Notes: generated by a model from the letters alone, not told the origin. DNA of 16,446 nucleotides from Candidatus Hydrogenedentota bacterium (GCA_029974275.1 JARKSN010000092.1:1-16446), one strand, 5' to 3'. Positions 1-9,413 are shown, counted from the first letter of the stretch. Made by a program: numbers and translations.

Positions 1-61
1 AAGCCAACACCACCAAGAAAGCCAGCATCAAAGGAAAACGAAAAATCGCCGGATGGGACAA
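1..61 (-). CDS. Possible 5' end of an exported or membrane protein (partial, runs off window start)
   Basis: Minus strand reads TTG at 61-59 then MSHPAIFRFPLMLAFLVVLA, a signal-peptide-like hydrophobic stretch. SD-like GAGGT and AGGAGG lie upstream. Only 20 codons are visible. Confidence 0.35.
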   Translation of the reverse strand, partial: MSHPAIFRFPLMLAFLVVLA

Positions 62-185
62 CGACTACCTCAAGGAAATCCTCCTGGCTATGTGACTTTT
101 AATGCGATAGCCCTGCCCCATCGCGTTCCGGCCGCGTCGGCAAAAATGTTTCTCGAAAGCCCCCCTGCCGTCGCGTCAAGGCGTC

Positions 186-1019
186 CTAAATTCTGCTTTT
201 GCCGATTTGAGAAAGCGCGATGCGAAGCTCGTCGCAGTCACGAAATCGCTTTTCGGGTTTTTTTTCGATCATGCGCATGATGATGTCGCTCAGGGCGGGG
301 GGGCATTTGGCATTGACTTCTGCAGGGCGCAGGGGCGCGACGAGCAAGTGGCACTGGTAGAGTTTGGTAAGGCTGTCCACTTCGAAAGGCACCTTGCCGG
401 CGAACAGCAAATACAGCGTGATGCCGAAGGAATAGATATCGCTTTGGGGCGTCGCTTTCTTCTTCTCGATGAGCTCGGGCGCCACATACATGGGCGTGAC
501 CTGTTCGTGGATGGCGTTATCGAACAACGCGAACAGGTGCGCGCGCGACAGGGAGTAATCGGTCAATTTGGCGATGCCCTGCCGCGTGAACAGGATGTTG
601 GCGGGCTTGAGATCGTGATGCATGAAGCCTTGTTCATGAATGTACTGCAAGCCGTTGCAGATTTGCGCGGCGATCACGAGACGTTCCTGCAGATCCCATC
701 GGCGGTTGGCGATGTACCATTTCAAGTCGGGGCCGTCTACGTATTCTTGAATGAGGCAAGGGCCGTCGTCGCCCTCGAGAAATTCGAACGTGCGCACCAC
801 ATTGGGATGGTTGAATTGCCGGAAGCGCCCGACGCTTTTCGCAAAATCGCGCTGGTGCACGGCGTTCCGGAAAAAATTGCCGTGAAACAATTTGACCGCG
901 ACGACTTGCCCGGTGTTGGCGTCGATGCCGCGGTATACAGTTCCCGCGCCGCCGCGTCCGAGGATGCGGTCGATCCTGAAGTGATAGAGTTTGCTGCGGT
1001 CTGGCAGTTCAAATGTCAT
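186..1019 (-). CDS. Hanks-type Ser/Thr protein kinase, catalytic domain only (277 aa)
   Basis: Gly loop GRGGAG, VAVK, HPNVV, catalytic loop HHDLKPANIL, DYS at the DFG position, YVAPE and SDIYSFG. SD-like GAGGTG upstream. Confidence 0.92.
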   Translation of the reverse strand: MTFELPDRSKLYHFRIDRILGRGGAGTVYRGIDANTGQVVAVKLFHGNFFRNAVHQRDFAKSVGRFRQFNHPNVVRTFEFLEGDDGPCLIQEYVDGPDLKWYIANRRWDLQERLVIAAQICNGLQYIHEQGFMHHDLKPANILFTRQGIAKLTDYSLSRAHLFALFDNAIHEQVTPMYVAPELIEKKKATPQSDIYSFGITLYLLFAGKVPFEVDSLTKLYQCHLLVAPLRPAEVNAKCPPALSDIIMRMIEKKPEKRFRDCDELRIALSQIGKSRI

Positions 1020-1056
1020 CGGCCCACCTCGCGCCGTTGCAATCGCGCCCGCGAAG

Positions 1057-1437
1057 CTACTGACTTACGTCCACCTCCGGCGCGTCCGCCCACAGCGCGT
1101 CAAGGTCGTAAAATTCGCGCGCTTCCCTGCGAAAGATATGAAACACCACGCTGCCATAGTCAAGCACGAGCCAGTTTCCGCTCAGCCCCCCCTCGGTATG
1201 CAACAGGCGCACGCCCGCCTCGCGCATGCCCTCGCGCACGGCGCTGTAGATAGCCTTGAGGTGCGGCTCGCTCGTCGCGCTGCACATCACGAAACTGTCC
1301 GCGATCACCGTGAGCCCGCGCACATCGTACGCCTTGAGATCGACGGCCTTGTGTTCGGCCGCCAACGTGGCGGCGCGCAGGGTGTGCGGCAGAAAATCGG
1401 GCTCTTGACTCGGACTCTTCTTGACTAGCTTTGCCAC
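1057..1437 (-). CDS. rsfS: Ribosome silencing factor RsfS (Iojap family)
   Basis: KAVDLKAYDVRGLTVIADSFVMCSATS..HLKAI, WLVLDYGSVVFHIF and REFYDLDALW are typical Iojap motifs. GTG start with GGAG upstream. Confidence 0.93.
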   Translation of the reverse strand: MAKLVKKSPSQEPDFLPHTLRAATLAAEHKAVDLKAYDVRGLTVIADSFVMCSATSEPHLKAIYSAVREGMREAGVRLLHTEGGLSGNWLVLDYGSVVFHIFRREAREFYDLDALWADAPEVDVSQ

Positions 1438-1447
1438 AAAAACTCCC

Positions 1448-2878
1448 TTACGCGCCCAATTCCTTGCGCAAAATCTCGTTCACCAACTGTGGATTGCCGC
1501 GGCCTTTGGTGGCCTTCATCATTTGTCCGACGAGGAACCCCATCGCCTGTTTCTTGCCCGCTTCGAAATCGGCGACAGGGCCTGGGTTCGCGGCGATGAC
1601 GTGCCGCGCGATCTCGGCGAGGGCGTCGGGGTCGCTGATCTGCACGTTGCCGCTCGCTTCGACCAAGGCCTTCGCGCCTTTGCCGGTCGAGAACATTTCC
1701 GGCAGCATGTCCTTCGCGATTTTGCCGCTGATCGTGCCGTTTTCGATGAGACCGATCATCTCCGCGAGCGACTCCGGCGTGACCGGGCAGTCGCTGATCT
1801 CGTGTTTTGCCTCGACCAACATCGCTTGCAGATCGACCATGATCCAGTTCGCGGCGGGTTTCGCCGTGGCGCCAGCCTTCACGGTCGCCTCGTAGTAATC
1901 GGCCATCGCGCGGGTCGACGTCAGCACGCGCGCATCGTAGTCGCTGAGTCCGTACTGCTCGACGAACCGCGCGCAACGCGCCTGCGGCAATTCGGGCAAG
2001 GACTCGCGAATGCGCGTCTCCCATGCATCGTCCACCGACAAAGGCACGAGGTCCGGCTCGGGGAAATAACGATAGTCGTGGGCCGATTCCTTCGTGCGCT
2101 GCGCGAAGGTCACGCCACGGTCGGCGTCCCACCCACGGGTCTCTTGCACGATGGTGCCGCCTTCGGACAGTACCTGCTTTTGGCGTGCAATTTCGAAGTC
2201 GATGGCCTTCTGTGTGCCGCTGAACGAGGCTACGTTCTTGACCTCGGTCTTCACGCCAAATTTTTCCTGACCGACGGGCCGAATGCTGATGTTGGCTTCG
2301 GCGCGCAGCGAGCCTTCTTCCATGTTGCAGTCGCTGACGCCCAGGTATTGCAGAATCTGCTTCAGCGCCGTCAGGTACGCGAAGGCTTCCTCCGCGCTAC
2401 GAATGTCCGGCTCGGTGACGATTTCCAACAACGGCACGCCGCAGCGGTTGAAGTCCACGCCGCTGTCGCCGCCGCCGATGGTGTGCGTGTTGCGCGCGGT
2501 ATCTTCTTCGAGGTGCGCGCGCGTGATGCCGATGCGTTTGGTCGTTCCGTTCACGGGAATTTCGAGCGACCCCTCGTAACACAGCGGCAAGTCGTACTGG
2601 CTGATCTGGTAGTTCTTCGCAAGGTCGGGATAGAAATAATTCTTGCGGTCCATCTTCGACCAGCGCGATATCTTGCAGTTCAGCGCGAGGCCCGCCGCGA
2701 TGGACATGTCGACGGCAGCTTTGTTAATGACCGGCAGCACGCCCGGCATGCCCAGGCACACGGGGCAGACATTGGTGTTCGACGGGGCGTGGAAGTTCGT
2801 GCTGCACCCACAGAAGACCTTCGACTTCGTGGCCAGCTCCACGTGCACTTCCATCCCGATGACTGCTTCGTAATCCAT
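1448..2878 (-). CDS. gatB: Asp-tRNA(Asn)/Glu-tRNA(Gln) amidotransferase subunit B
   Basis: VIGMEVHVEL, CPVCLGMPG, RKNYFYPDL, HLEED, GVPLLEIVTEPD, YRYFPEPDL and a C-terminal YqeY-like GQMMKATKGRGNP. Confidence 0.98.
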   Translation of the reverse strand: MDYEAVIGMEVHVELATKSKVFCGCSTNFHAPSNTNVCPVCLGMPGVLPVINKAAVDMSIAAGLALNCKISRWSKMDRKNYFYPDLAKNYQISQYDLPLCYEGSLEIPVNGTTKRIGITRAHLEEDTARNTHTIGGGDSGVDFNRCGVPLLEIVTEPDIRSAEEAFAYLTALKQILQYLGVSDCNMEEGSLRAEANISIRPVGQEKFGVKTEVKNVASFSGTQKAIDFEIARQKQVLSEGGTIVQETRGWDADRGVTFAQRTKESAHDYRYFPEPDLVPLSVDDAWETRIRESLPELPQARCARFVEQYGLSDYDARVLTSTRAMADYYEATVKAGATAKPAANWIMVDLQAMLVEAKHEISDCPVTPESLAEMIGLIENGTISGKIAKDMLPEMFSTGKGAKALVEASGNVQISDPDALAEIARHVIAANPGPVADFEAGKKQAMGFLVGQMMKATKGRGNPQLVNEILRKELGA

Positions 2879-2898
2879 TGCGCATCCCTAATCGATTT

Positions 2899-3080
2899 AA
2901 GATTCACCACAAAGGCACAAAGGACACAGAGAAAGCACAGAGAAGACACTACAGAGAAGTTAAACCACAGATACACACAGATGGACACGGATAAGAGCCA
3001 TAAAACCCTTCGCGACTCTGCGTCTTTGCGTTAAATCCTTCTCTTTTCTTTGTGTCTTTGTTCCTTTGTGTTAAAATCTT
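2899..3080. repeat. Nested imperfect inverted-repeat element of short periodic units in the gatA-gatB junction
   Basis: Outer arms aagattcaccacaaaggcacaaaggacacagagaaa (from 2899) and tttctttgtgtctttgttcctttgtgttaaaatctt (to 3080) are imperfect complements. agagaag (2953-2959) pairs with cttctct (3038-3044). Inner modules lie at 2963-2992 (10-nt period) and 3008-3035 (8-nt period). Confidence 0.85.
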
Positions 3081-3093
3081 CTCTTCTTCTCTC

Positions 3094-4563
3094 TCACGCC
3101 ACCGGCGCGGCGCCCATCTCGAAACCGCGGTGCTTCTCATACGTGTAGGCCGTGCGCAGCAGCGTTTCCTCGTCGAACGGCTTCCCGAGCAACTGCAATC
3201 CCGCCGGCAGTTTCGCGTCCGTCAATCCGCAGGGGACTGACATGCCCGGCATGCCCGCGAGGTTCAACGAGATCGTGTAGATGTCGCTCAGGTACATCTC
3301 CAACGGGTCGTCCGTCTTCGCGCCGACCTCGAAGGCCGCCGTCGGCGAAGTCGGCCCGGCGATCACGTCGCACTGCTCGAAGGCCTGTTGGTAATCGCGA
3401 CGGATTAGCGTGCGCACCTTCTGGGCCTTCAAATAATACGCATCGTAATAGCCGCTCGACAGCACGTACGTGCCCAGCATGATGCGGCGTTTCACCTCCG
3501 GCCCGAAGCCGTCGGTCTTGGACAGGTGATAGAGGTCGTGCGTGTTCGCCGCCTGCGGCGAACGGTAGCCGTAGCGGACGCCGTCAAAGCGTGCGAGGTT
3601 CGCGCTGGCCTCGGCGGTGCAGATGATGTAGTAGACCGCGATGGCGTACTTCGAATGCGGCAGCGAGACCTCGACGATCTTCGCCCCGCGCGATTCGAGC
3701 ACCTTCACCGCCGCCTCGATCTTCTCGCGCATCTCGGCGTTGAGTGCGTCCGTGAAGAACTCCTTCGGCAACCCGACGCGCAGCCCGGTGACATCGTCGC
3801 GCAGGGCCTTCGTGAAGTCCGGCACGGCGATGGCCGCCGAGGTCGAATCGTGCCGGTCATGGCCGCAGATCGCGTTGAGCACGAGGGCCATGTCCTCGGC
3901 GTCTTTCGAGAATGGGCCGATCTGATCGAGCGACGACGCAAAGGCCACCAGCCCGAACCGCGATACGCGCCCATACGTCGGCTTCATGCCGAGACACCCG
4001 CACAACGCCGCCGGCTGCCGAATCGAGCCGCCCGTGTCGCTGCCGAGCGAATAGGCGCATTCGTCCGCCGCGACCGCCGCCGCCGAGCCGCCGCTCGAAC
4101 CGCCCGGCACACACTTCAGGTTCCACGGGTTGCGCGTGACTTGCACCGAGGAGTTCTCCGTGCTCGAGCCCATCGCGAACTCGTCCATGTTCACCTTGCC
4201 CAACGGCACCGCGCCCGCCGAAAACAAACGCTTCATCACCGTCGCGTCGAAGGGGCTGCGATAGCCCTTGAGGATTTGCGAACAACACGTCGTCGTGCCC
4301 TGTGTGGTGCAGATAACGTCTTTAATCGCCATCGGCACGCCCGCAAGCGGCCCGCGATCCTCACCGCGCTTCAACGCCGCGTCGGCATCATCGGCCTTCG
4401 TCAAAGCGTGCTCGCGCCAGACGTCCGTATAGGCTTTCACTTTCTCGTCCACCGCGTCGATGCGCGCCAAAAACGATTCCGTGATTTCCCGCGAAGTCGT
4501 TTCCCCCGCGCGCAAGGCATCGCGCAATTCGTGCGCGGTCAATCGATACCAATCCCGGCCCAT
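3094..4563 (-). CDS. gatA: Asp-tRNA(Asn)/Glu-tRNA(Gln) amidotransferase subunit A
   Basis: Amidase signature: AIKD, MDEFAMGSSTENS, PGGSSGGSAAAVAA, SLGSDTGGSIRQPA, FGPEVKRRIMLGTYVLSSGYYDAYY. Lies between gatC and gatB. Confidence 0.98.
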   Translation of the reverse strand: MGRDWYRLTAHELRDALRAGETTSREITESFLARIDAVDEKVKAYTDVWREHALTKADDADAALKRGEDRGPLAGVPMAIKDVICTTQGTTTCCSQILKGYRSPFDATVMKRLFSAGAVPLGKVNMDEFAMGSSTENSSVQVTRNPWNLKCVPGGSSGGSAAAVAADECAYSLGSDTGGSIRQPAALCGCLGMKPTYGRVSRFGLVAFASSLDQIGPFSKDAEDMALVLNAICGHDRHDSTSAAIAVPDFTKALRDDVTGLRVGLPKEFFTDALNAEMREKIEAAVKVLESRGAKIVEVSLPHSKYAIAVYYIICTAEASANLARFDGVRYGYRSPQAANTHDLYHLSKTDGFGPEVKRRIMLGTYVLSSGYYDAYYLKAQKVRTLIRRDYQQAFEQCDVIAGPTSPTAAFEVGAKTDDPLEMYLSDIYTISLNLAGMPGMSVPCGLTDAKLPAGLQLLGKPFDEETLLRTAYTYEKHRGFEMGAAPVA

Positions 4564-4566
4564 GCG

Positions 4567-4863
4567 TTACTCCATCTCCAGGATGCGCGGCACGATGAAA
4601 TACTCGCCATCCGTCTTCGGCGCATTGGCCAGCGCCTCTTCCCGCGTCAACGACGGCTCCACGACATCGTCCCGGTAGACATTGACCATTTCGAGCACAT
4701 GCATCGTGGGTTCAATGCCGGTCGTGTCCAGCGCATTCAACTGGTCCATATACGATAGAATCTCGCTCATCTCGCCCACGAGCCGATCCTTGGCTTCCTC
4801 GCTCAACGTGAGCTGGGCCAACCGCGCGACATACTCCACATCGGACTTTGTAATACTCGCCAT
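4567..4863 (-). CDS. gatC: Asp-tRNA(Asn)/Glu-tRNA(Gln) amidotransferase subunit C
   Basis: ITKSDVEYVARLAQL...REEALANAPKTDGEYFIVPRIL. ATG at 4863 has AAAGGA upstream and is preferred over the longer 4887 start. Confidence 0.96.
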   Translation of the reverse strand: MASITKSDVEYVARLAQLTLSEEAKDRLVGEMSEILSYMDQLNALDTTGIEPTMHVLEMVNVYRDDVVEPSLTREEALANAPKTDGEYFIVPRILEME

Positions 4864-4906
4864 GACGGTCCTTTCGCCAAAAAACACAGGGATATATGCA
4901 GCACGG

Positions 4907-4936
4907 ATGGTATCACACGGTCCCCGGGTTTGTCCA
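4907..4936 (-). promoter_or_regulatory. Putative sigma70-type promoter for gatCAB-rsfS-kinase
   Basis: Minus strand TGGACA (4936-4931), 18 nt, TACCAT (4912-4907), with an extended -10 TG. Confidence 0.4.
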
Positions 4937-4963
4937 AGAATCGAATGATTGAGCCGTCTCTCG

Positions 4964-6973
4964 TCACGGTTCGATCACGAGGACGTTGTGGATCGCCAGG
5001 CCGCCCATGCGCGCCGTCAGAACGCCGTCTTTCCAGCTCCACTCGAGGCCTTCCGGGTCCGGCGCGAGGTAACAACGGGCGGGGGCCTTGTCCATCGGCA
5101 CGCGAACAACGAACGGGCCCGCGTTCGGCACGTTTTCGACCATGTGCCGGTTCGGCGCGAGATAACCGGCCGCGGATCGGTTTACAAACTGAATCAACAG
5201 ACGGCCGTCCTTTTGTCGCGCGGACATCTCGATCCACCAGGGGCCTTCGTGACGCATGACTCTGGGCGCTTCGAGGGCATGAACCATGTCCCCGATACAG
5301 GAACGAAGGCGCGGGTAGTGGGATGCTCCGTATATGCGGAACAGAGGACCGTGCACCGCGACGACCACGCCTTTGCCTGCGGCGTTGATCGTTGCGGCGG
5401 GAAAGCCGATCTTGTCGCGTTCGGGTTCTTGCTGGCGCAACAGGGGCGCCAACTCGCGTCCGGTGGCGCAGGCGACGCGCTGCCACTCACCGCTCACGAT
5501 GACCGCGCCGCCGTTCGCCGGGATGTAGTTTTCGCCGGTGATTTTTCCGTCGGCGAGCGTCACGCCCAACCAATCGCCGAACTCTTGCGCGGCATGGTCG
5601 CCGCTGACGATGAGGCGCCCCCCATTTTCGACGTACGCCCGCAATGCCTCGCGAACCGTCTCGGGCAATCCCTTTTGCTCCGGGACCACGACGATCGGGT
5701 ACTGGGCGATGCGTTCGAGCAGCATGTCCTCATTGAGAATGTCGACCGAATAGCCGTTCTCGAGCAGGCCATGCACGGCGCCTTCCATGGGAATGTTCGC
5801 GCCGCCGGGGTTGAAGAGCGGGTCGCAGTGCGCGTAGTAGAAACTGCGGCTATGCAGCACGGCGACCTGGGGAACCGTCTCGGACTGAAAGCAATAGTCC
5901 TTGCGTTGACGACAGAACTGCGCCACTTGGGCAAGCACGTCCTGATGCCACGCGGTCAGCCGTCCGGTGCGTTGCGGCACGTTGTAGACAAACACGCCGC
6001 CGCCTTGCGCAAGGGCCACGGCCACTTCCTGGCACAAGTGCGGCACTGGCTTGAGGGTCCACCCCAAATGGAACGCCGGCCAGTTGGGATCCGTCTTGAG
6101 GAAGGCCCACGCCATCAGGTTCCACGGTTTGCCGTGAGCCGAGAAAACGCGCGACTCGGCGCAGGCGCGTTCGGAACCGAACGACGGATCGAAATCGCCG
6201 CTAAGATAGTCCACCGGGACCGTGATTGAATCGGGCTGGCGCACGCTGTACATCCAGTTGCTGCACACGGCGACATCCGGTTTGGCCTTATGCACCGCCT
6301 CCGCGTAGGCGCGCACGTGTTCGACAAACAGGTCGCGCTGGAAGGACAGCCATTCCGCCCAATGCGGGTCGCCCGCCTTCTTGGGAATGTCCGTGATGCC
6401 CGTGCGTTTGGCAAATTCCCGTTTGCAGCCCTCCGTCCACGATGGCGGGCTGGCCCAGCATTCGCCGTCAACCCACACGCCATCGAGATCATACTCGGTA
6501 AGGACCTCGATGAGTTGCGGGATCATGAGGTCGCGCGTGTAGGCGCTCATTCGGTCGGTGGCGTTGGGGTTTGGGGCGCCTTCCGCGTCGACCATGGCCC
6601 ACTCGGGGTGCACCTCGATCGCGCGCGAATCCCATACGCCGGAGTAATGGATGGACAACGGAATGCCCATGTCCTTCGTGACCTTGCGATACACCTTGAG
6701 GGAGTCGTTCACGATGCCCGGCGACGGCGATCCGACCTTTGTCGGGTAGCCTGTGTAGCCTGGATGCCCTTTGCAGTCGTATTGGACATAATCGGGCTTC
6801 ACCTTTTCGAGCTGCTCGCGAATGTGCTCGTACGTCACTTCGCGCCCGAGTTCGGTGTCGCCCGCGGTGGGATGCAGATCGTAATGAAGCCCAAAAAACG
6901 CGTTGTCCGACCATTTCACCGCGCGTTTCTCATCCGCCGCCAAGGTCAATGCCATAATCGCCGCCCAGATCAT
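4964..6973 (-). CDS. Putative secreted glycoside hydrolase, GHL6/GH151 alpha-L-fucosidase-like, with GH42-type trimerisation-like domain
   Basis: [29 protein letters not shown] and LDGVWVDG suggest a TIM barrel. [25 protein letters not shown] suggests a GATase-like domain. Short hydrophobic N-terminus. ATG 6973 overlaps the macrodomain stop (ATGA); 6994 is an alternative start. Confidence 0.75.
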   Translation of the reverse strand: MIWAAIMALTLAADEKRAVKWSDNAFFGLHYDLHPTAGDTELGREVTYEHIREQLEKVKPDYVQYDCKGHPGYTGYPTKVGSPSPGIVNDSLKVYRKVTKDMGIPLSIHYSGVWDSRAIEVHPEWAMVDAEGAPNPNATDRMSAYTRDLMIPQLIEVLTEYDLDGVWVDGECWASPPSWTEGCKREFAKRTGITDIPKKAGDPHWAEWLSFQRDLFVEHVRAYAEAVHKAKPDVAVCSNWMYSVRQPDSITVPVDYLSGDFDPSFGSERACAESRVFSAHGKPWNLMAWAFLKTDPNWPAFHLGWTLKPVPHLCQEVAVALAQGGGVFVYNVPQRTGRLTAWHQDVLAQVAQFCRQRKDYCFQSETVPQVAVLHSRSFYYAHCDPLFNPGGANIPMEGAVHGLLENGYSVDILNEDMLLERIAQYPIVVVPEQKGLPETVREALRAYVENGGRLIVSGDHAAQEFGDWLGVTLADGKITGENYIPANGGAVIVSGEWQRVACATGRELAPLLRQQEPERDKIGFPAATINAAGKGVVVAVHGPLFRIYGASHYPRLRSCIGDMVHALEAPRVMRHEGPWWIEMSARQKDGRLLIQFVNRSAAGYLAPNRHMVENVPNAGPFVVRVPMDKAPARCYLAPDPEGLEWSWKDGVLTARMGGLAIHNVLVIEP

Positions 6974-7518
6974 CGTTTTCCTTGCCTCCCGCATTCCAAT
7001 TCATGAAGCGCCATAGAGAACGCATTGTATGTTTCCGCGCCGAAAAGCACAAAACGCACTCGTTCGATCTCCAGGCGCTTCTCCAAAAACTGCGCAACGG
7101 CGGTCACGGCGATTCGGGCGGCGTCGGGAATAGGGTACCCATACACGCCGCAACTGATCGCGGGAAACGCAATCGTCTTGAGGCCGCGTTCGGCGGCGAT
7201 CTCGAGGCTGCGCCGGTAGCACGAAGCCAGCAGTTCCGGCTCGCCGTGGCGCCCGTTGCGATAGATAGGGCCAACGGCGTGAATGACGTAGCGCGCCGGC
7301 AGATTTCCGCCGCCGGTGATCTTCGCGTCCCCCGTAGTGCACCCGCCGAGCGTGCGGCACTCCGCCAGAATGGCCGGGCCGCCTGCCCTGTGGATGGCTC
7401 CGTCCACGCCGCCGCCGCCCAAAAGACTCGAGTTGGCCGCATTGACGATGGCGTCGACTTCTTGTGTGGTGATATTCCCTTGGATGGTCTCTATGCGCGA
7501 CAAGACATGGGCATCCAC
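6970..7518 (-). CDS. ymdB: Macrodomain protein, O-acetyl-ADP-ribose deacetylase / ADP-ribosylhydrolase (YmdB/MacroD-like)
   Basis: [33 protein letters not shown] and [17 protein letters not shown] start with GGAGGA upstream. Confidence 0.93.
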   Translation of the reverse strand: MDAHVLSRIETIQGNITTQEVDAIVNAANSSLLGGGGVDGAIHRAGGPAILAECRTLGGCTTGDAKITGGGNLPARYVIHAVGPIYRNGRHGEPELLASCYRRSLEIAAERGLKTIAFPAISCGVYGYPIPDAARIAVTAVAQFLEKRLEIERVRFVLFGAETYNAFSMALHELECGRQGKR

Positions 7519-7543
7519 CCCGTTCCTCCTTTGGCTTTTGGGA

Positions 7544-7939
7544 TCAACAACGAGGCGGGGTCAGGCGTTTCAGCCCTACGCTGTCTTCAAGCTCCTGCTC
7601 CACTTCCGCCACGTTCGGGGCATTGTACACAACCATGTTGTGCAGATGCTCGAGGTGTTCCGTCGCGATGCTCGTGAATTCAACGGCAAGCCCGCCGTCA
7701 TCGACACGCGCCACGACGCCCATCACAGCCAAGGGAGAAAAGGCTTCGTCGTCATTCAAAAGCAAAGCGACCTCGCATTCGGTCCCCTTGGGCAGGCGCG
7801 ACTCGGAAACGACATACACGCCGTTCATGCTGAGGTTTTCCACGCTTCCATGAACGATGACGCCCTGGCGCGTTTTCAACCTTGCCCGCACATGGACCCG
7901 GATGCGCGTGAATCCGCGAACGTTCGTTCCTCTGTCCAT
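7544..7939 (-). CDS. Stand-alone PilZ-domain (c-di-GMP-binding) protein
   Basis: RxxxR (RGFTR) and D/NxSxxG (NLSMNG) motifs, plus [18 protein letters not shown] 7939 with GAGGG upstream is preferred over 7978. Confidence 0.85.
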   Translation of the reverse strand: MDRGTNVRGFTRIRVHVRARLKTRQGVIVHGSVENLSMNGVYVVSESRLPKGTECEVALLLNDDEAFSPLAVMGVVARVDDGGLAVEFTSIATEHLEHLHNMVVYNAPNVAEVEQELEDSVGLKRLTPPRC

Positions 7940-8167
7940 CGCATCCCTCGCTTTCACCCGCTCTCGCGCGCACCACACTCCTCCCTCTCCAGTCTACGCT
8001 CCTTCTCAAAAAACGGCAACAAGCGCCACGGTCAGGACGATCGCACGCAATAAGCGAGCGATGGCGCATTTTTTAGCCCCGGTCTCTGTGCCGCGCTACA
8101 AAGAGGAGAACTCTGAGGGGAATGGAATCGCCTGTGCCTTCGAGAAGAGTCCGCCCAACTCCAGTTT

Positions 8168-8196
8168 TTGACGCGCACCCCCTAAAACTATATATT
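8168..8196 (+). promoter_or_regulatory. Putative sigma70 promoter for the lipoprotein pair
   Basis: TTGACG (8168-8173), 17 nt, TATATT (8191-8196). Confidence 0.6.
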
Positions 8197-8270
8197 GCGT
8201 ACACGCGCCCCCTTGGTGTACTCTATCTTGTAGCTGAAGACGGTGAAACGCAAAAACAGAGGGCAGGGTC

Positions 8271-8732
8271 ATGCGTCGAATAGCGAGCAGGGCGGTGATG
8301 GCAGGGATGTTGGCGATGGCGGCGCTTTGGCTGTGCGGATGCGCCCACAGCCGGGGATTGCATGCGACCAAGGAACGCGAGATGACCTTGGGGCTCGTGC
8401 AGAGATACGTCCACGAAGGCATGTCGGCGGTCGAAGTGATCGAAGCCCTCGGCTCGCCCAACATGGTGCGGCGCGATTCCGAAGGACGCGAGTCCTGGGT
8501 CTACGACAAGGTCGCCACCGAAACCTCGCATTCGGAAAGCGATACGGGCGTGAGCGGGCAGGTGAGCGGGACCGGTGTGGCGCAGAATTCGCTTTTGCTG
8601 GGCGCCATCGGCGGTCGCCATAACCGCAGTTCCGGGGCCACCGCCACCACCCAAAAAACCCTTACCGTGATCATCAAATTCGACAAAAACGGCCAGGTCG
8701 AAACGTATTCCTACCATACCAGCACGTTCTGA
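8271..8732 (+). CDS. Lipoprotein with SmpA/OmlA (BamE)-like domain
   Basis: Lipobox LCGC. GMSAVEVIEALGSPNMV...ESWVYDK and LTVIIKFDKNGQV match the SmpA/OmlA pattern, with a Gly/Ser-rich insert. Confidence 0.75.
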   Translation: MRRIASRAVMAGMLAMAALWLCGCAHSRGLHATKEREMTLGLVQRYVHEGMSAVEVIEALGSPNMVRRDSEGRESWVYDKVATETSHSESDTGVSGQVSGTGVAQNSLLLGAIGGRHNRSSGATATTQKTLTVIIKFDKNGQVETYSYHTSTF

Positions 8733-8750
8733 CGCGCGAAAGGGGTCGCA

Positions 8751-9254
8751 ATGAATACACGCGCCGCATGGGGCATCCTTGCCGTTCTGATCCTCACGCT
8801 CGGCGGATGCGCCACCGAGAAAAAACCGCTTCGAGCGCCCTCACAACTCGATATTCGAGGCATTCAATCACGGGAATACGACACGCACGACGTCGCCCTG
8901 GTGATGAAAGCGGTCCTGAACGTGCTTCAGGACATGGGGTACATCGTGAGCACGGCCGACGAAAAACTCGGCCTGCTCACCGCAAGCAAGTGGACCGACA
9001 TCGAGCACTCCAAGCAGACCATCAAGGAAGCCAAAAAACAGATGACCCCGCTTTCCAAAAGCCTCGTCATGGAATGCACCGCCAATATCAGCGCCTTGGG
9101 CAAACAATGCCGCGTCCGCGTAAACTTTCAACAGCGCACGCTCGATGCCACGGGCGCAACCCTCAGCGCAAGCCCCATCGTCGACGCACGGTTCTACCAA
9201 ACCTTTTTCAGTCAAGTCGATAAAGGCATATATCTGCAACGGGAGGGGATATAG
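8751..9254 (+). CDS. Lipoprotein of unknown function
   Basis: Lipobox LGGC after a hydrophobic signal. AAGGGG SD, 18 nt after the previous gene. Confidence 0.75.
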   Translation: MNTRAAWGILAVLILTLGGCATEKKPLRAPSQLDIRGIQSREYDTHDVALVMKAVLNVLQDMGYIVSTADEKLGLLTASKWTDIEHSKQTIKEAKKQMTPLSKSLVMECTANISALGKQCRVRVNFQQRTLDATGATLSASPIVDARFYQTFFSQVDKGIYLQREGI

Positions 9255-9384
9255 CCCCCCCCTGCCGGGATGCGCTGGAGACCAGGACCCCATGCGTCCC
9301 CTTCGGTCAATCGCATTTCCTCACCGGCCCGCATCGGGAGCGCTTGGGCTGAAAGGTCAGGGTCGGGTTGTAGGCGATTTTATG

Positions 9385-9413
9385 TTGAGTTATATAATCA
9401 TATATGCAATAAT
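9385..9413 (+). promoter_or_regulatory. Putative promoter with palindromic operator upstream of the sulfite reductase
   Basis: AT-rich island with TTGAGT, 17 nt, AATAAT. TATAAT also occurs at 9393-9398. Imperfect palindrome TATATAATCATATA at 9391-9404. Confidence 0.5.

Noticed and set aside
2899..3080. Repeat region as a CRISPR array, tRNA or intrinsic terminator
   Set aside because: No repeat-spacer periodicity, no cas genes, no cloverleaf, and no GC hairpin with a U-tract. It lies inside the gatCAB operon.
2680..3140. Small ORFs crossing the gatA-gatB repeat (2680-2988, 2949-3140)
   Set aside because: Translations of the repeat itself that overlap gatA/gatB out of frame. No frame spans the junction from stop to start.
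207..7006. Long plus-strand ORFs (207-1253, 1421-3034, 3526-4758, 4949-6229, 6290-7006)
   Set aside because: Antisense shadows of well-supported minus-strand genes in GC-rich DNA, with no recognisable motifs.
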